NCBI GenBank assembly: GCA_965197745.1
Contig: CBDANS010000006.1
Location: 960,001-1,024,000, forward strand
Length of the DNA: 64,000 bases
Direction: 5' to 3'
Source of the DNA: Opitutales bacterium
Lineage (GTDB): Bacteria; Verrucomicrobiota; Verrucomicrobiia; Opitutales; PNEW01
Shown: piece after piece, positions 52,333 through 62,497 of the stretch
How the letters are laid out: every line of letters begins with the position of its first letter
Numbering within the stretch: position 1 is the stretch's first letter
Notes under the pieces: generated by a model
Told to the model about the DNA's origin: nothing
The model's input: only the letters and a program-made list of their open reading frames with translations
Databases searched by the model: none
Made by a program: the position numbers and the translations under genes

Positions 52333-55053
52333 TTAATCCGATAATTCGATACTTGCTTCTTTTAATTGGGCGGATCGACAGCCATTTTCGGAAATAAAAA
52401 AGGCGCGGTATTGCAGCCATCGAGCGGTGGACGGAATACTGTTTATCACCTGGCCGGATTTTTCGTAATAAGTTGACTCCCCATCCGCGCCGAACCAGGA
52501 CGCATGATCAAGTTCTTCTTCACTTCCTGCCCAACGCAATTTAAACTTGAGCTGCGTAGATTTTGGAACCGTGGCCTCCCAATGAAGGCGAAGCGGTATT
52601 TGCTCTCGCAAATCAATTGGTGGAGAGCTGTAACTTTCATAGGGGTTTCGGTTTAATCCATTCCCGGGATCGCGTGTCGTTAAATCGTGTGGCCCCATAC
52701 CGGGAATTCTTGTTACGCGATCAGTGGCCAACCCATCGGGGCCGTTCCAGAAAATCATGGAATCGACCTGGTGTCCCAGATCGTTACGATGACAGGCGAC
52801 CACCACATCCAGATAGCCATTGCCGGTTAGATCGATTGTGAGGAAGCCGCAGGACGATTCTGCCATGATATCGGTTGGGTTTTTTAAATCCAATCCCTTA
52901 TCCGTCCCCCAAAAAATTTGCATCGGTAATTCACGCGTTGTGGCAGAGGAATAGGCTCCGACCATCAAGTCTAAGTGTCCATTGTTATTTAAGTCTGCAA
53001 AGGATAAAGCGGTGGCAGAGGCATCACCGACACAGTATTCCACGTTATTGGGGTTAAGGCCATCGGGACCGCCATAGAAAATGCAAAACCCTGAAGGTTT
53101 ACGCGCACGGAACGCAGGAATACCCACGATGAGATCGAGGTAGCCGTTACCCGTTAGATCCGCGCTGTTCATGCTTCCGACAATTCCTCCGTTGACCGGC
53201 AATTGCTTCACCCTATCTGTTTTGTACCCATCCTCTGCTCCCAGGTAAATATAAACATACCCGCGTTTATCCGCACAGATAATATCGAGGTAATCATTCC
53301 CGGTAACATCCGCCAGATGCATCTGCCCTTCGCTATAGGTAGGTATTACCTGGTAACGTTCTCGAGAAAATCCTTCGCTCGAACCGAAGTAGATCAACGA
53401 TGATTGTGCCAATGTTTCGGGTTCTGCGTCCTGAGTCATCACCGCTAAGAGCACGTCGAGGTAACCATCACGATTAAAGTCGGCTACATATACGTGCATG
53501 CTGCATTCCCCACCCAGCCGGGGAAGATCTGAGTAGCGATCAGGTTCAAGTCCGTCAGGTCCGCCGTGAAAGATGCGCAAGCCACCTTCGGTATTAAAGA
53601 TCAGATCATGGTAACCATCTAAATTCAGATCAGCGATAACATAACAACTGCACCCACCTCCCGTAGGTAAATCCAGCCGACGATGTACTCCGTAATCAGC
53701 TTTCTCACTCCCCAAATAAACATAGATCGGAAAATCTACGTAAAACTGTGAAGGCCCAAACATCGTATTATTGAAAATCACTTCCGGTTTACCGTCACCG
53801 TCGAGATCCCCGGCATTGCATCCCATGGCGCCAGCGGTAGGGAGCAAGGTTACACGGTCATCGGAAAAACCTTCCGGACTATTCCAGAATATGGCAGATT
53901 CGGTTTCGTAGGTGACACGGTTATCGTATTTACTGGCGATCAGTTCGGGCCTGCCATCGCCATCGAAATCATGCGCGCACACCCAGGTTGTATATGGCAG
54001 AGAGAGTAACTGCTCTACCTTTTGCAGATCGTTCGCCGCTCGGATTTCTACACCCTTAACCGTAGCGAGGATCAATTGATTATGGCCATCACCGTTGAGA
54101 TCGGCAATCTCGGCACGAACCGCGCCTCGGCAAAACATCGTATTAAATCCCTCCACATCAATGATCGTCCGGTTATCCGGTGTAAAATTTCCCTTATTAT
54201 TCCAATAGATCCATACCTGATCGCCGCCACAGAAGATGATTTCTTTACTTCCGTCGTCACTGAGGTCAGCCAGATGTACCTGCATTGCATAATGTGTGGG
54301 GAGTAAAAATGGCGATTGCTTATCAAAACCTCCCTCGGTCCCCCAATATATATAAGAGTCCGTGTCGTAATTGAATTCCTTTCGATAGTTCGCCACTACC
54401 AGGTCGGGCCTTCCGTTGCCATTGAGATCGTCTATTGCCACCGACGAAGCGCCAACCCCGATTAATCCGAACCGTTCGGAAGCGTCCTCGAACTGCCGTG
54501 GGCTTGTCTGGATATAAACACGAATTAGCAGGGGCCGCCCCGGATTGTGGTGATCTACCCAGGCGGAGGGAAAAAACAAATCGAGGCGTCCGTCTCCGTT
54601 TGTATCCATTGTCGTCACATCATACGCACCCACCGTGGGAAATTCCGTGCGTTCTCCCGTCAACCCTTCAGGTCCACCCCAATAGATATATGAGTTCAAC
54701 TCCGAGGTGACCCCATTCTCCCCATTGACAACAACCAGGTCCGGATAGCCATCACCATCCACGTCTTCGATCCTGCTAACCCACCCGCTGTCATTCGGTA
54801 ACTCATGCCGCGGCCACTTTTCATCCTTTCCCTCACCCTGGGTATATATCCATGTCGGTCCGCGCTCGATATAACCGTGATTGTTGGGAAGAACAAGATC
54901 TACATAGCCATCATTGTTTAAATCGGTCCGGTGAATGGTTTCAATAAAGCCCTCCGCGTTGACATAAAGATTGCCTCCGCCTTCATCGAATCGTCCCCGG
55001 GAAAAATCCTCAACCCCTCGATGCGTCCAAGTGTTGTTCTTCTTTTCGCTCAT
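52333..55053 (-). CDS. FG-GAP/VCBS repeat protein (14 DxNxDG-type repeats)
   Basis: 14 motifs counted from DLNNDGYVD to the final DLTGNGYLD, most followed by IY/FWG-like strands; no signal peptide. Confidence 0.88.
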   Translation of the reverse strand: MSEKKNNTWTHRGVEDFSRGRFDEGGGNLYVNAEGFIETIHRTDLNNDGYVDLVLPNNHGYIERGPTWIYTQGEGKDEKWPRHELPNDSGWVSRIEDVDGDGYPDLVVVNGENGVTSELNSYIYWGGPEGLTGERTEFPTVGAYDVTTMDTNGDGRLDLFFPSAWVDHHNPGRPLLIRVYIQTSPRQFEDASERFGLIGVGASSVAIDDLNGNGRPDLVVANYRKEFNYDTDSYIYWGTEGGFDKQSPFLLPTHYAMQVHLADLSDDGSKEIIFCGGDQVWIYWNNKGNFTPDNRTIIDVEGFNTMFCRGAVRAEIADLNGDGHNQLILATVKGVEIRAANDLQKVEQLLSLPYTTWVCAHDFDGDGRPELIASKYDNRVTYETESAIFWNSPEGFSDDRVTLLPTAGAMGCNAGDLDGDGKPEVIFNNTMFGPSQFYVDFPIYVYLGSEKADYGVHRRLDLPTGGGCSCYVIADLNLDGYHDLIFNTEGGLRIFHGGPDGLEPDRYSDLPRLGGECSMHVYVADFNRDGYLDVLLAVMTQDAEPETLAQSSLIYFGSSEGFSRERYQVIPTYSEGQMHLADVTGNDYLDIICADKRGYVYIYLGAEDGYKTDRVKQLPVNGGIVGSMNSADLTGNGYLDLIVGIPAFRARKPSGFCIFYGGPDGLNPNNVEYCVGDASATALSFADLNNNGHLDLMVGAYSSATTRELPMQIFWGTDKGLDLKNPTDIMAESSCGFLTIDLTGNGYLDVVVACHRNDLGHQVDSMIFWNGPDGLATDRVTRIPGMGPHDLTTRDPGNGLNRNPYESYSSPPIDLREQIPLRLHWEATVPKSTQLKFKLRWAGSEEELDHASWFGADGESTYYEKSGQVINSIPSTARWLQYRAFFISENGCRSAQLKEASIELSD

Positions 55054-55120
55054 CCCATTAAAATAATCCTAACTCCGGATAAATTATATCCACGTCGCAT
55101 TGATGTATGCAATCCAACCT

Positions 55121-56164
55121 CTATGTGTTTTGTTCAAAATCGATGAAAACTTTTATCGCTCCGTCTTTTCGCCCCGTAAATAATTCGTAGGCCTGCTGTG
55201 GTTCGGTAAAAGGTAATACATGGGTAATCAGTGGTTTTAAGTTGATTCGCCCCTGCGCAATCAAATCGCGGGCCAGGGGGTAGTCGTATTCTACTTCGGG
55301 TCCCACCGAAGCCAGGAGGCGAATATTTTTGCGTAGGAATTTAAGATGGGGGAAATTAGGATAGAAATCGCGATCGGGCACCCCGAAATAGAGGATTGTT
55401 CCCTGTCGCCTGACGAGATCCATGCACAGGTCCAGTAAATAGACCTCGTGCCCCACAGCATCGACAACAATATCGGCCATCTTCCCCCCGGTTATATCCT
55501 TCACTTCATTGAGAGGATCGGTTTCATCCACATTGATGCAATGGGTGGCATGCATTTTTTCGGCCGCTTCGAGGCGCGAGGGAATACGATCCAGTCCGAT
55601 AACGCGGCGCGCGCCGAGGTTGCTTAAGAGGTGCGTAAAAAGCAGTCCCATAGGGCCGAGCCCGACAACGACAACATCGGTATTGATAATTTTATCAAGT
55701 TTGCGGCAGGCCCAGATCACAGTGCCGAGGGGTTGCGATAAAACCATTTCCTCAATCGACACGGTATTTTCAGGCAGGTGAATAGCGCGGCTTGACGGAA
55801 GGCATAGGCATTCTTGGTACCCGTTCTGATTCATCGGGAGCGCGAGAACAAAGTCCCCCTCATTGAATTTGGAAGACGATGATGCGACCACAGTCCCAAC
55901 GCACTCGTGCAATGACATCCCGGTGCGCAAGGGATAGACTTCTTCACCGTCGAGTTCGAGGAAATCGGAGTACATGGTCAAGTGCTCTGGGGCCTCCTCC
56001 TTCACATGGGTAAGATCGTGAGAAAAAAAAGGGGAATCTGATCCGCACAGGCAGCCGCGTTGGAGTCGGACAATAATATGGTCGGTGGGGCAATCGGTAA
56101 GTGTGGGATCGTCAATCTCGACTAGGTGGATGGATTGCGGAGCATTTATTATAGCGGCTTTCAT
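55121..56164 (-). CDS. Zinc-binding (MDR) dehydrogenase
   Basis: LCGSD, LHECVG, GLGPMG Rossmann motif; no structural-Zn Cys4 lobe. Confidence 0.9.
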   Translation of the reverse strand: MKAAIINAPQSIHLVEIDDPTLTDCPTDHIIVRLQRGCLCGSDSPFFSHDLTHVKEEAPEHLTMYSDFLELDGEEVYPLRTGMSLHECVGTVVASSSSKFNEGDFVLALPMNQNGYQECLCLPSSRAIHLPENTVSIEEMVLSQPLGTVIWACRKLDKIINTDVVVVGLGPMGLLFTHLLSNLGARRVIGLDRIPSRLEAAEKMHATHCINVDETDPLNEVKDITGGKMADIVVDAVGHEVYLLDLCMDLVRRQGTILYFGVPDRDFYPNFPHLKFLRKNIRLLASVGPEVEYDYPLARDLIAQGRINLKPLITHVLPFTEPQQAYELFTGRKDGAIKVFIDFEQNT

Positions 56165-56369
56165 AATTTGTCTTTATGAGATACAGTATGCCTTTACTGG
56201 TAATTTAATTCCGACGATTGCCTGGCATGAATAATTAGAATGGTTAAAGCGCTAAAAAAAACTTTGTCAATGTCACTAATCCTCTATACTGCCTGATTGC
56301 GTGTTCAATATTAATTTTTTATTCAGCAATTATTGAAATAAAACCCCCGAATTTATACGGATTCCCACT

Positions 56370-56795
56370 ATGACCCTGGAGCAAGCAGACGCATTGATTA
56401 AGGAAAGTATCGACAAGATGAATGCCATTTACCGGCAACCTGTTTTCGACGAATGGGCGATTGTCACTCAAACCGATAAGCAAGGGCTGGTTCTAGCCTA
56501 TAACGGTCCCCGGGTGGAGAATGTTCAGCGAGGTTTTTTTGATGATTTAAAACATATCCTATCCGATATGGAGAGCGACAAAAACGAACCGGGGTTATTT
56601 GCGTTTTCACGCGAGGCCGACGGGACCAACTTTGATGCCTTCATCGTCCTCGGGAATGGTATCTTTTTAATCTGTAACAACACCACCAATACAATGGAGG
56701 ATATTACTGATAATTCGCTTTGGTTACAGGCGCAGGTCCCTTTCGTAAACTTGAGTAACAAGTTTTTACTAAACCCCGTGGAGGCGCCGTCGTAA
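56370..56795 (+). CDS. Hypothetical protein
   Basis: 141-aa ORF filling the gap between flanking genes with protein-like composition; no motif recognised. Confidence 0.7.
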   Translation: MTLEQADALIKESIDKMNAIYRQPVFDEWAIVTQTDKQGLVLAYNGPRVENVQRGFFDDLKHILSDMESDKNEPGLFAFSREADGTNFDAFIVLGNGIFLICNNTTNTMEDITDNSLWLQAQVPFVNLSNKFLLNPVEAPS

Positions 56796-56811
56796 GAGGA
56801 GACCTTACCGT

Positions 56812-57792
56812 TTATTGGATAAGTCCCGCGTAGAGGAAAGCCCCGTAGACGAAAACGAAAAACCCTCCCATAAATCGGGGAAGTCGTCCGAATCCCGCGA
56901 CGAATAAAAAGTGGATTGCCGTCGAGGCGAGAATAAATACGATTCCAATCTTAAAGAAACCTGGTGTTTCAATGGGGCCGAAGAGGCAGAATATTCCTAA
57001 ACAAAGGGGTATGCATATATGCCCGTCACCCACCTGAGAGCTGTAAACGACGTCGGGTTGTCGCTTCCACCCATAGTATAGAGCGAGTAGGGCGTTTGGT
57101 AAAACCATCAGCCATCCGCTTAACCACCCCAGCTTCTCATTGCTGATAAAACCGGATTCCATATTTGAAATCCATGCGACCAGCCCTTCAATACTCACAT
57201 ACAGGGCATAGGTTCCGACGCCGAGCAGACAGAGATCGACAATGATAATCCATTGAAAGGATTTATTCTCCCGGACATTTGTTTTTAATACCTCGAAAAT
57301 ATGAAAGCACTGCCAGAAGACAAAAATACCGATCAAGACCAGACCGTCCCCAAAGTCGAGTAATCCGTCACGGGCGAGTGCCCAGACAGCACCACTGAAA
57401 AAAAAGATGGCGGTCATCGTAAAGAGAAGTGAAAGCCGGTTGATACTGTATTGTTGGGCTTCGCGCTTGGCTACCCGCTTCTTATCAGGGAGGACGGACA
57501 TCCCCCAGAACAATGCGGGCAAGCCGATGAGCAGGGTCAAATTCGTTACGTTGTTGACGAGACAGTTCACCATAATCTCTCGTCCCGGTCCTCCGGCAAT
57601 GCCGAGCACAAACACAAAAATGAGATTACCCACACCGGAGCAGTAAGGCATAACGAGCGTTCCGAGAACCGTCCCTTCCACACCTCTACCCGTCATTACC
57701 TCGAGGCGCCAGATCATAAGAAAGGACCCAGCGAGAAAAAGGCCTAGGAGAATCCAGGGTGAACCCAGTAGAACATCAATCGAGACTGGCAT
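56812..57792 (-). CDS. Sodium:calcium antiporter-like (CaCA) membrane protein
   Basis: About 10 TM helices in two halves with degenerate alpha repeats; ATG 57792 preferred. Confidence 0.65.
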   Translation of the reverse strand: MPVSIDVLLGSPWILLGLFLAGSFLMIWRLEVMTGRGVEGTVLGTLVMPYCSGVGNLIFVFVLGIAGGPGREIMVNCLVNNVTNLTLLIGLPALFWGMSVLPDKKRVAKREAQQYSINRLSLLFTMTAIFFFSGAVWALARDGLLDFGDGLVLIGIFVFWQCFHIFEVLKTNVRENKSFQWIIIVDLCLLGVGTYALYVSIEGLVAWISNMESGFISNEKLGWLSGWLMVLPNALLALYYGWKRQPDVVYSSQVGDGHICIPLCLGIFCLFGPIETPGFFKIGIVFILASTAIHFLFVAGFGRLPRFMGGFFVFVYGAFLYAGLIQ

Positions 57793-57974
57793 AAAACAGG
57801 GGCGGGTTGCTTGTTGGGATGGTATAGTGCTTCTCCATTGCTGAGTCAACGTAAGCTGCCATCACTTGTGCCGCAGTTCGATGAAAAAATAAATCTTCCA
57901 ATTGCCATATGTGTAATGTAAACCTGCACAATCTTTTTTTAAAATTATCCCATTCCACAACAAGGAGGAATACA

Positions 57975-58367
57975 ATGCCCGTAATAAGGACCAGCGAAAG
58001 TTCACTTAAGGCTACCAATCGCCCGGAAGGATGCGATAAAACATCCGCAGGAGTATTCCGCGTATTGACGACGGATGGTAAATTTGACTGTCACTATCAC
58101 GATTGTGACGAGTACTGGCTCATCTTCAAAGGTAAGGCAAAAATTCTCAGCGAAGGGAAAGAATATTACGTGAAACCGGGTGACATTGTTTTCACCAGGG
58201 CGGGAGATGAACATGATGTCATCGAAATTTATGAAGACCTGGAAGCTTTCTATTTTGAGGACGCTACTCCCGAAGGCGGAAGGATTGGCCATTTGCATAA
58301 AACCGAGGATAAAGCACACAGGCATGATGTTTCCGTCAGACCTCTACCCGCCGACTTCCCTGCTTAA
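57975..58367 (+). CDS. Cupin domain protein
   Basis: HYHDCDEYW...PGDIVF...EH motif; AGGAGG RBS at 57963-68 supports ATG 57975. Confidence 0.88.
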   Translation: MPVIRTSESSLKATNRPEGCDKTSAGVFRVLTTDGKFDCHYHDCDEYWLIFKGKAKILSEGKEYYVKPGDIVFTRAGDEHDVIEIYEDLEAFYFEDATPEGGRIGHLHKTEDKAHRHDVSVRPLPADFPA

Positions 58368-58402
58368 TATTAAATTAAACGCATAAATAAAGTTCATTCA
58401 AT

Positions 58403-59467
58403 ATGGGTAAACCACATCGCTATATTATTGTAGGAACTGCCGGTAAGGGTGGAGATTGGTGTAGATCAACACTCCCCCGTCTTGCTGAATTAGGGAAAGC
58501 AATCCCCGCGGCGGCCGTCGATATCAACCCGGATCATTTACAAAATGCAAAAGAACACCTGGGGCTATCGCCGGATCTGTGTTTTACTGATATAAATACC
58601 GCCTTCGATAAGGTAAAAGCGGACTTCGCCATTGTTGTCACCCCACCCGAATTCCACGAGGTCGTCGTCGATGCCGCACTTGCCCATGATATGGACATCC
58701 TCTCGGAAAAACCGATCGCTGATAAGATGGAAACCTGTTGCCGTATTTATAAAAACGTCACCTCTGCGGGAAAAAAAATGGCGGTGACCATGAGTCACCG
58801 ATTCGATCAGGATAAACAATCGTTAGAAGACGTCGTGCATAGCGGAGACTATGGGCCCCTGGATTATGTGATTGGACGATTCACCATGGCCTTGCGGAAA
58901 TTCGGGGCTTGGGGCGCAAGTTTTCGTCATGAAATGGTCGACCCGCTGCTCATTGAAGGGACAGTGCACCATTTTGACATCTTTCGCGGGCTGACTAAAT
59001 CAGACTGCGAGACTGTTTACACCGTCGGCTGGAATCCCCCGTGGGGTGAATACGGTGGTGATAGCCTGGCGCTGATTACGATGAAAATGAAAAACGGCGT
59101 GAAGTGCTTCTGGGAGGGCGCTAATTGCAATGCCGTTACCCTGAACGGTTGGACTAAGGATTATCTGCGTGCTGAATGCGAAAGCGGCACGCTTGAACTT
59201 GATGCCCGGAGGTTGAGGCTGCTGAATCCCCGTATTGATGGAGAGATTAGCGGAAAGGAATTGCCCCTGATCCGCGGTGAAGTCTGGAAAAACGAGTGGA
59301 TTGCGGAGATGTATTGCGATTGGCTTTCAGGAGAAAGAGATGATCATCCCTCTCGATTGGAAGATAACATCCAGTGCGTGGCTTTACTCTTCGCCGCTGT
59401 AGAATCAGCGCACACCGGACAGCCAATTAATGTTCAGGATTTCCTGCAGCAACATTTGGATAATTAG
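58403..59467 (+). CDS. Gfo/Idh/MocA family oxidoreductase
   Basis: VTPPEFH, SEKPIA, EGTVHHFD. Confidence 0.9.
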   Translation: MGKPHRYIIVGTAGKGGDWCRSTLPRLAELGKAIPAAAVDINPDHLQNAKEHLGLSPDLCFTDINTAFDKVKADFAIVVTPPEFHEVVVDAALAHDMDILSEKPIADKMETCCRIYKNVTSAGKKMAVTMSHRFDQDKQSLEDVVHSGDYGPLDYVIGRFTMALRKFGAWGASFRHEMVDPLLIEGTVHHFDIFRGLTKSDCETVYTVGWNPPWGEYGGDSLALITMKMKNGVKCFWEGANCNAVTLNGWTKDYLRAECESGTLELDARRLRLLNPRIDGEISGKELPLIRGEVWKNEWIAEMYCDWLSGERDDHPSRLEDNIQCVALLFAAVESAHTGQPINVQDFLQQHLDN

Positions 59468-59500
59468 GTGCACCACCCCTATTAAACCCCGAAACATTTC

Positions 59501-60409
59501 ATGACCCTGACCGCAATTGTTCTGATCACGGTCTCGGCTTTTCTGCATGCAGGTTGGAATACGATCAGCAAGCGCGCACATCCCACAACCGCATATTTTT
59601 TTATTGCACTCGTTATTGGGACCTCCCTTTTCTCTCCGATTCTATTCATTAATTACCGGGAAATTTTACTGTTTCCGGCTCAGGTATGGCTCCTCCTGGC
59701 GTTGACCGGTTTATGCGAAGCCATTTATTTTATCTCGCTTTCAGCTGCTTACCGCTCGGGTGATTTATCCATAGCTTATCCACTAGCCCGATCGTCTCCG
59801 GTAATTATCGTCACTATCATCACACTCTTGCTCGGGCAGAGCGATCAATTCAGTAACCAATGCATAAGTGGGGTCGTTCTCATCTTCACCGGCAGTATTG
59901 TTCTGCCCATGCGGCATTTCACTGACTTCCGTTTAAAGAATTACCTCAACCTGACCTGCCTATTTGCTCTCTGCGCAGCTTTGGGTACGGCGGGTTATTC
60001 AATAATCGATTATACCGCGTTGAAGATTTTACGTGAGACCCCGCAAATCACCCTTGGCCCACTGGGTATCGCCTTATCCTATATTGTCGTGGAATTTTTT
60101 ATCTGTGCCTTATTGCTGGGGCTATTCATACTCTTTCGCAAAGAGCGTCGTGATGATTTGCCTCAGGTATTTCGAACCAACTTCCGCGCGGTGGTCCTGA
60201 CTGGAATAGCTTTTCTCCTGCCCTACACTTTTATTCTTACGGCGATGGCTTACGTCTCAAATGTCAGTTACGTTGTCGCTCTTCGACAACTCAGTATCCC
60301 TCTGGGTGTAATCTTTGGCGTGATGTTCTTAAAAGAACCTCGATTTATTCCCAAGTTTATCGGCACTGCCATTATTTTAACAGGATTGTTTCTCGTCGCC
60401 ATGGGATAG
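59501..60409 (+). CDS. EamA/DMT family transporter
   Basis: About 10 TM helices, SAFLHAGWN, GDLSIAYPLARS, VALRQLSI. Confidence 0.9.
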   Translation: MTLTAIVLITVSAFLHAGWNTISKRAHPTTAYFFIALVIGTSLFSPILFINYREILLFPAQVWLLLALTGLCEAIYFISLSAAYRSGDLSIAYPLARSSPVIIVTIITLLLGQSDQFSNQCISGVVLIFTGSIVLPMRHFTDFRLKNYLNLTCLFALCAALGTAGYSIIDYTALKILRETPQITLGPLGIALSYIVVEFFICALLLGLFILFRKERRDDLPQVFRTNFRAVVLTGIAFLLPYTFILTAMAYVSNVSYVVALRQLSIPLGVIFGVMFLKEPRFIPKFIGTAIILTGLFLVAMG

Positions 60410-60450
60410 CAAGCCTGTTGACGCGCACCCTTGAGCAAACTGTAACTCCA

Positions 60451-61215
60451 TCACAAAACGGCATACACTGCCGGAGGAAATATATCACTCACGTCACCCT
60501 CAAGGCGAAGCGAAACAGCGGGATTATCGTCGTGCTCGGTCGGGCCACGGTTAATTATGACATAAGGGACTTTTCTCCTTGAGGCCAGGAGCGGAATGGC
60601 TGCCGCAGGGTAGACGGATAGCGATGACCCCAGGGCAACCACGAGGTCTGCTTGATCCGCGGCGTTTTCCGCCGCGTCAATATCTTCACTGCGAAGGTTC
60701 TGACCAAAACTGATAGTCGCCGCTTTCAAATACCCTCCACATTCACAAAGAGGGGGCTTTGCTGTTCTCCGGAAAAAATCAAAATGGCTTTCCGGCTCAG
60801 ATCGTTGGAGACACGTTTGACACTCCACCTCGGCGTTGCTTCCGTGTAATTCAACAAGCATTGAACGTGAGGTTCCCGCCTTCTGATGTAATCCGTCAAT
60901 ATTCTGGGTTACTACACGATGCATCTTACCGGCCTTTTCCAGTTTCACAATTGTCAGGTGAACCGCGTTGGGCCGGGCGTTTTTAAAATCGTTCCACGCC
61001 TCGAGCTTATAATCCCAATGTTCGATACGCGCGCTTTCCGATCGCATGAAATCCTGGTAATAGACGGGCTGTCGCTTTGTCCATACACCCCCGGAACCAC
61101 GAAAATCGGGGATCCCGCTGTTCGTGGAAATCCCGGCCCCGGTAAAAATAAGTATTTTCCCGCTCGTTCTAAGCAGTTCGCAAAGGTGTTTGTAATCCTC
61201 TTCAACCACGTTCAC
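60451..61215 (-). CDS. cobB: Sir2-family NAD-dependent protein deacylase
   Basis: TGAGISTNSGIPDFRG, TQNIDGLHQKAG, ELHG, CxxC...CxC, GSSL. Confidence 0.92.
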   Translation of the reverse strand: MNVVEEDYKHLCELLRTSGKILIFTGAGISTNSGIPDFRGSGGVWTKRQPVYYQDFMRSESARIEHWDYKLEAWNDFKNARPNAVHLTIVKLEKAGKMHRVVTQNIDGLHQKAGTSRSMLVELHGSNAEVECQTCLQRSEPESHFDFFRRTAKPPLCECGGYLKAATISFGQNLRSEDIDAAENAADQADLVVALGSSLSVYPAAAIPLLASRRKVPYVIINRGPTEHDDNPAVSLRLEGDVSDIFPPAVYAVL

Positions 61216-61218
61216 AGC

Positions 61219-62490
61219 CTATGTTGATTTGTGATTGGACACTTTAAGCAAGCAGATCCCACCCAGTAAAAACAATAGTGCCACGGCTAGCATGCCCATG
61301 CGCGGTGAACCACTCACCCTGGCTACTGTCCCCATTAAAGCAGGACCTAATAGCGCGGCAAATTTACCGACCATATTATAAAACCCAAAATAGGCGGCAG
61401 CGCGATCCGGTGGAATAATACTGGCAAAAAAAGACCGGCTGAGTGATTGGATGCTTCCCTGGACCATCCCTACAAGAAATCCAAGAATGTAGATTTCATT
61501 TATTGTTACCCCCATAATTGAGACAGGTTCAATTGAAAGGCGCGCCGCATAGAGGGTCACCCCAAGGTAAATTACAATACCCGTGAGGATTAGTTTCCTC
61601 GCTCCAAAGGACTGCCCCAACAACCCAAAAATTATGGTAAAGGGGACACCGGTAACTTGCACGATTATCAGCGTCATCATGAGATCCTTGATGGTGAAGC
61701 CCAGGCTATGGCCGAACCCTGTTGCCATCGTAATGAGGGTGTTCACGCCATCGATATAAAGCCAATAGGCAACGAGAAACCATAAAACCGTCGGTCGCTT
61801 TACAACTTCTTTTAAAATCACCCTTAATTCAATAATCCCCCCCCAAACCGCGTGCCCTATCCCTGTCTGCCGCTCACTCCGAGATTCTTTAACCGTCAAT
61901 AAAACGGGTAAACTGAAGACCATCCACCAGATGGAAACACTGAGGAATGCAACTTTTATGCCCATTGTATTATCGCTGAACCCCAAGAGTGTTGGATTAT
62001 TCACGATAACCATGTTCGCGATGAATAATAGTACGCTTCCCCCATAGCCCAAGGCAAACCCCAGGCTTGATGTGAAGTGTCGATTAGTATCATCACTGAC
62101 ATGTAGCAAAAGGGAATCATAGAAAATGTTTCCCGCCGCGAACCCGATGAAGGCCAGAATGTAAATAAAGCTGGCCAGTTGCCAGTGGCCCTTTCCCACA
62201 AAAAAAAATCCTGCTGTCGCCAGCGCTCCGAGTAGCATGAAGACACAAAGAAAAACTTTTTTGACATGTCTATGGTCGGCAATAGCGCCGAGGAACGGGG
62301 CCATCACCGCAACCAGTAAACTGGCAAAGGACACGGTGATCCCCTGCCAAAAAAGTGACTGGTCGGAACCTCCAGACCAGTAATCACGATAAAAAGGCCC
62401 AAAAAACCCGGCGATGACAATGAGGGCAAATGCCGAATTAGCCAAATCATAAAACGCCCAACTTATCGCCCCTTTGCTTAGCCGTGGCAT
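61219..62490 (-). CDS. MFS transporter (UMF1/ATG22-like)
   Basis: SWAFYDLANSAF, FYDSLL, QSLSRSFFA; about 12 TM helices. Confidence 0.9.
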   Translation of the reverse strand: MPRLSKGAISWAFYDLANSAFALIVIAGFFGPFYRDYWSGGSDQSLFWQGITVSFASLLVAVMAPFLGAIADHRHVKKVFLCVFMLLGALATAGFFFVGKGHWQLASFIYILAFIGFAAGNIFYDSLLLHVSDDTNRHFTSSLGFALGYGGSVLLFIANMVIVNNPTLLGFSDNTMGIKVAFLSVSIWWMVFSLPVLLTVKESRSERQTGIGHAVWGGIIELRVILKEVVKRPTVLWFLVAYWLYIDGVNTLITMATGFGHSLGFTIKDLMMTLIIVQVTGVPFTIIFGLLGQSFGARKLILTGIVIYLGVTLYAARLSIEPVSIMGVTINEIYILGFLVGMVQGSIQSLSRSFFASIIPPDRAAAYFGFYNMVGKFAALLGPALMGTVARVSGSPRMGMLAVALLFLLGGICLLKVSNHKST

Positions 62491-62497
62491 GATTGCA

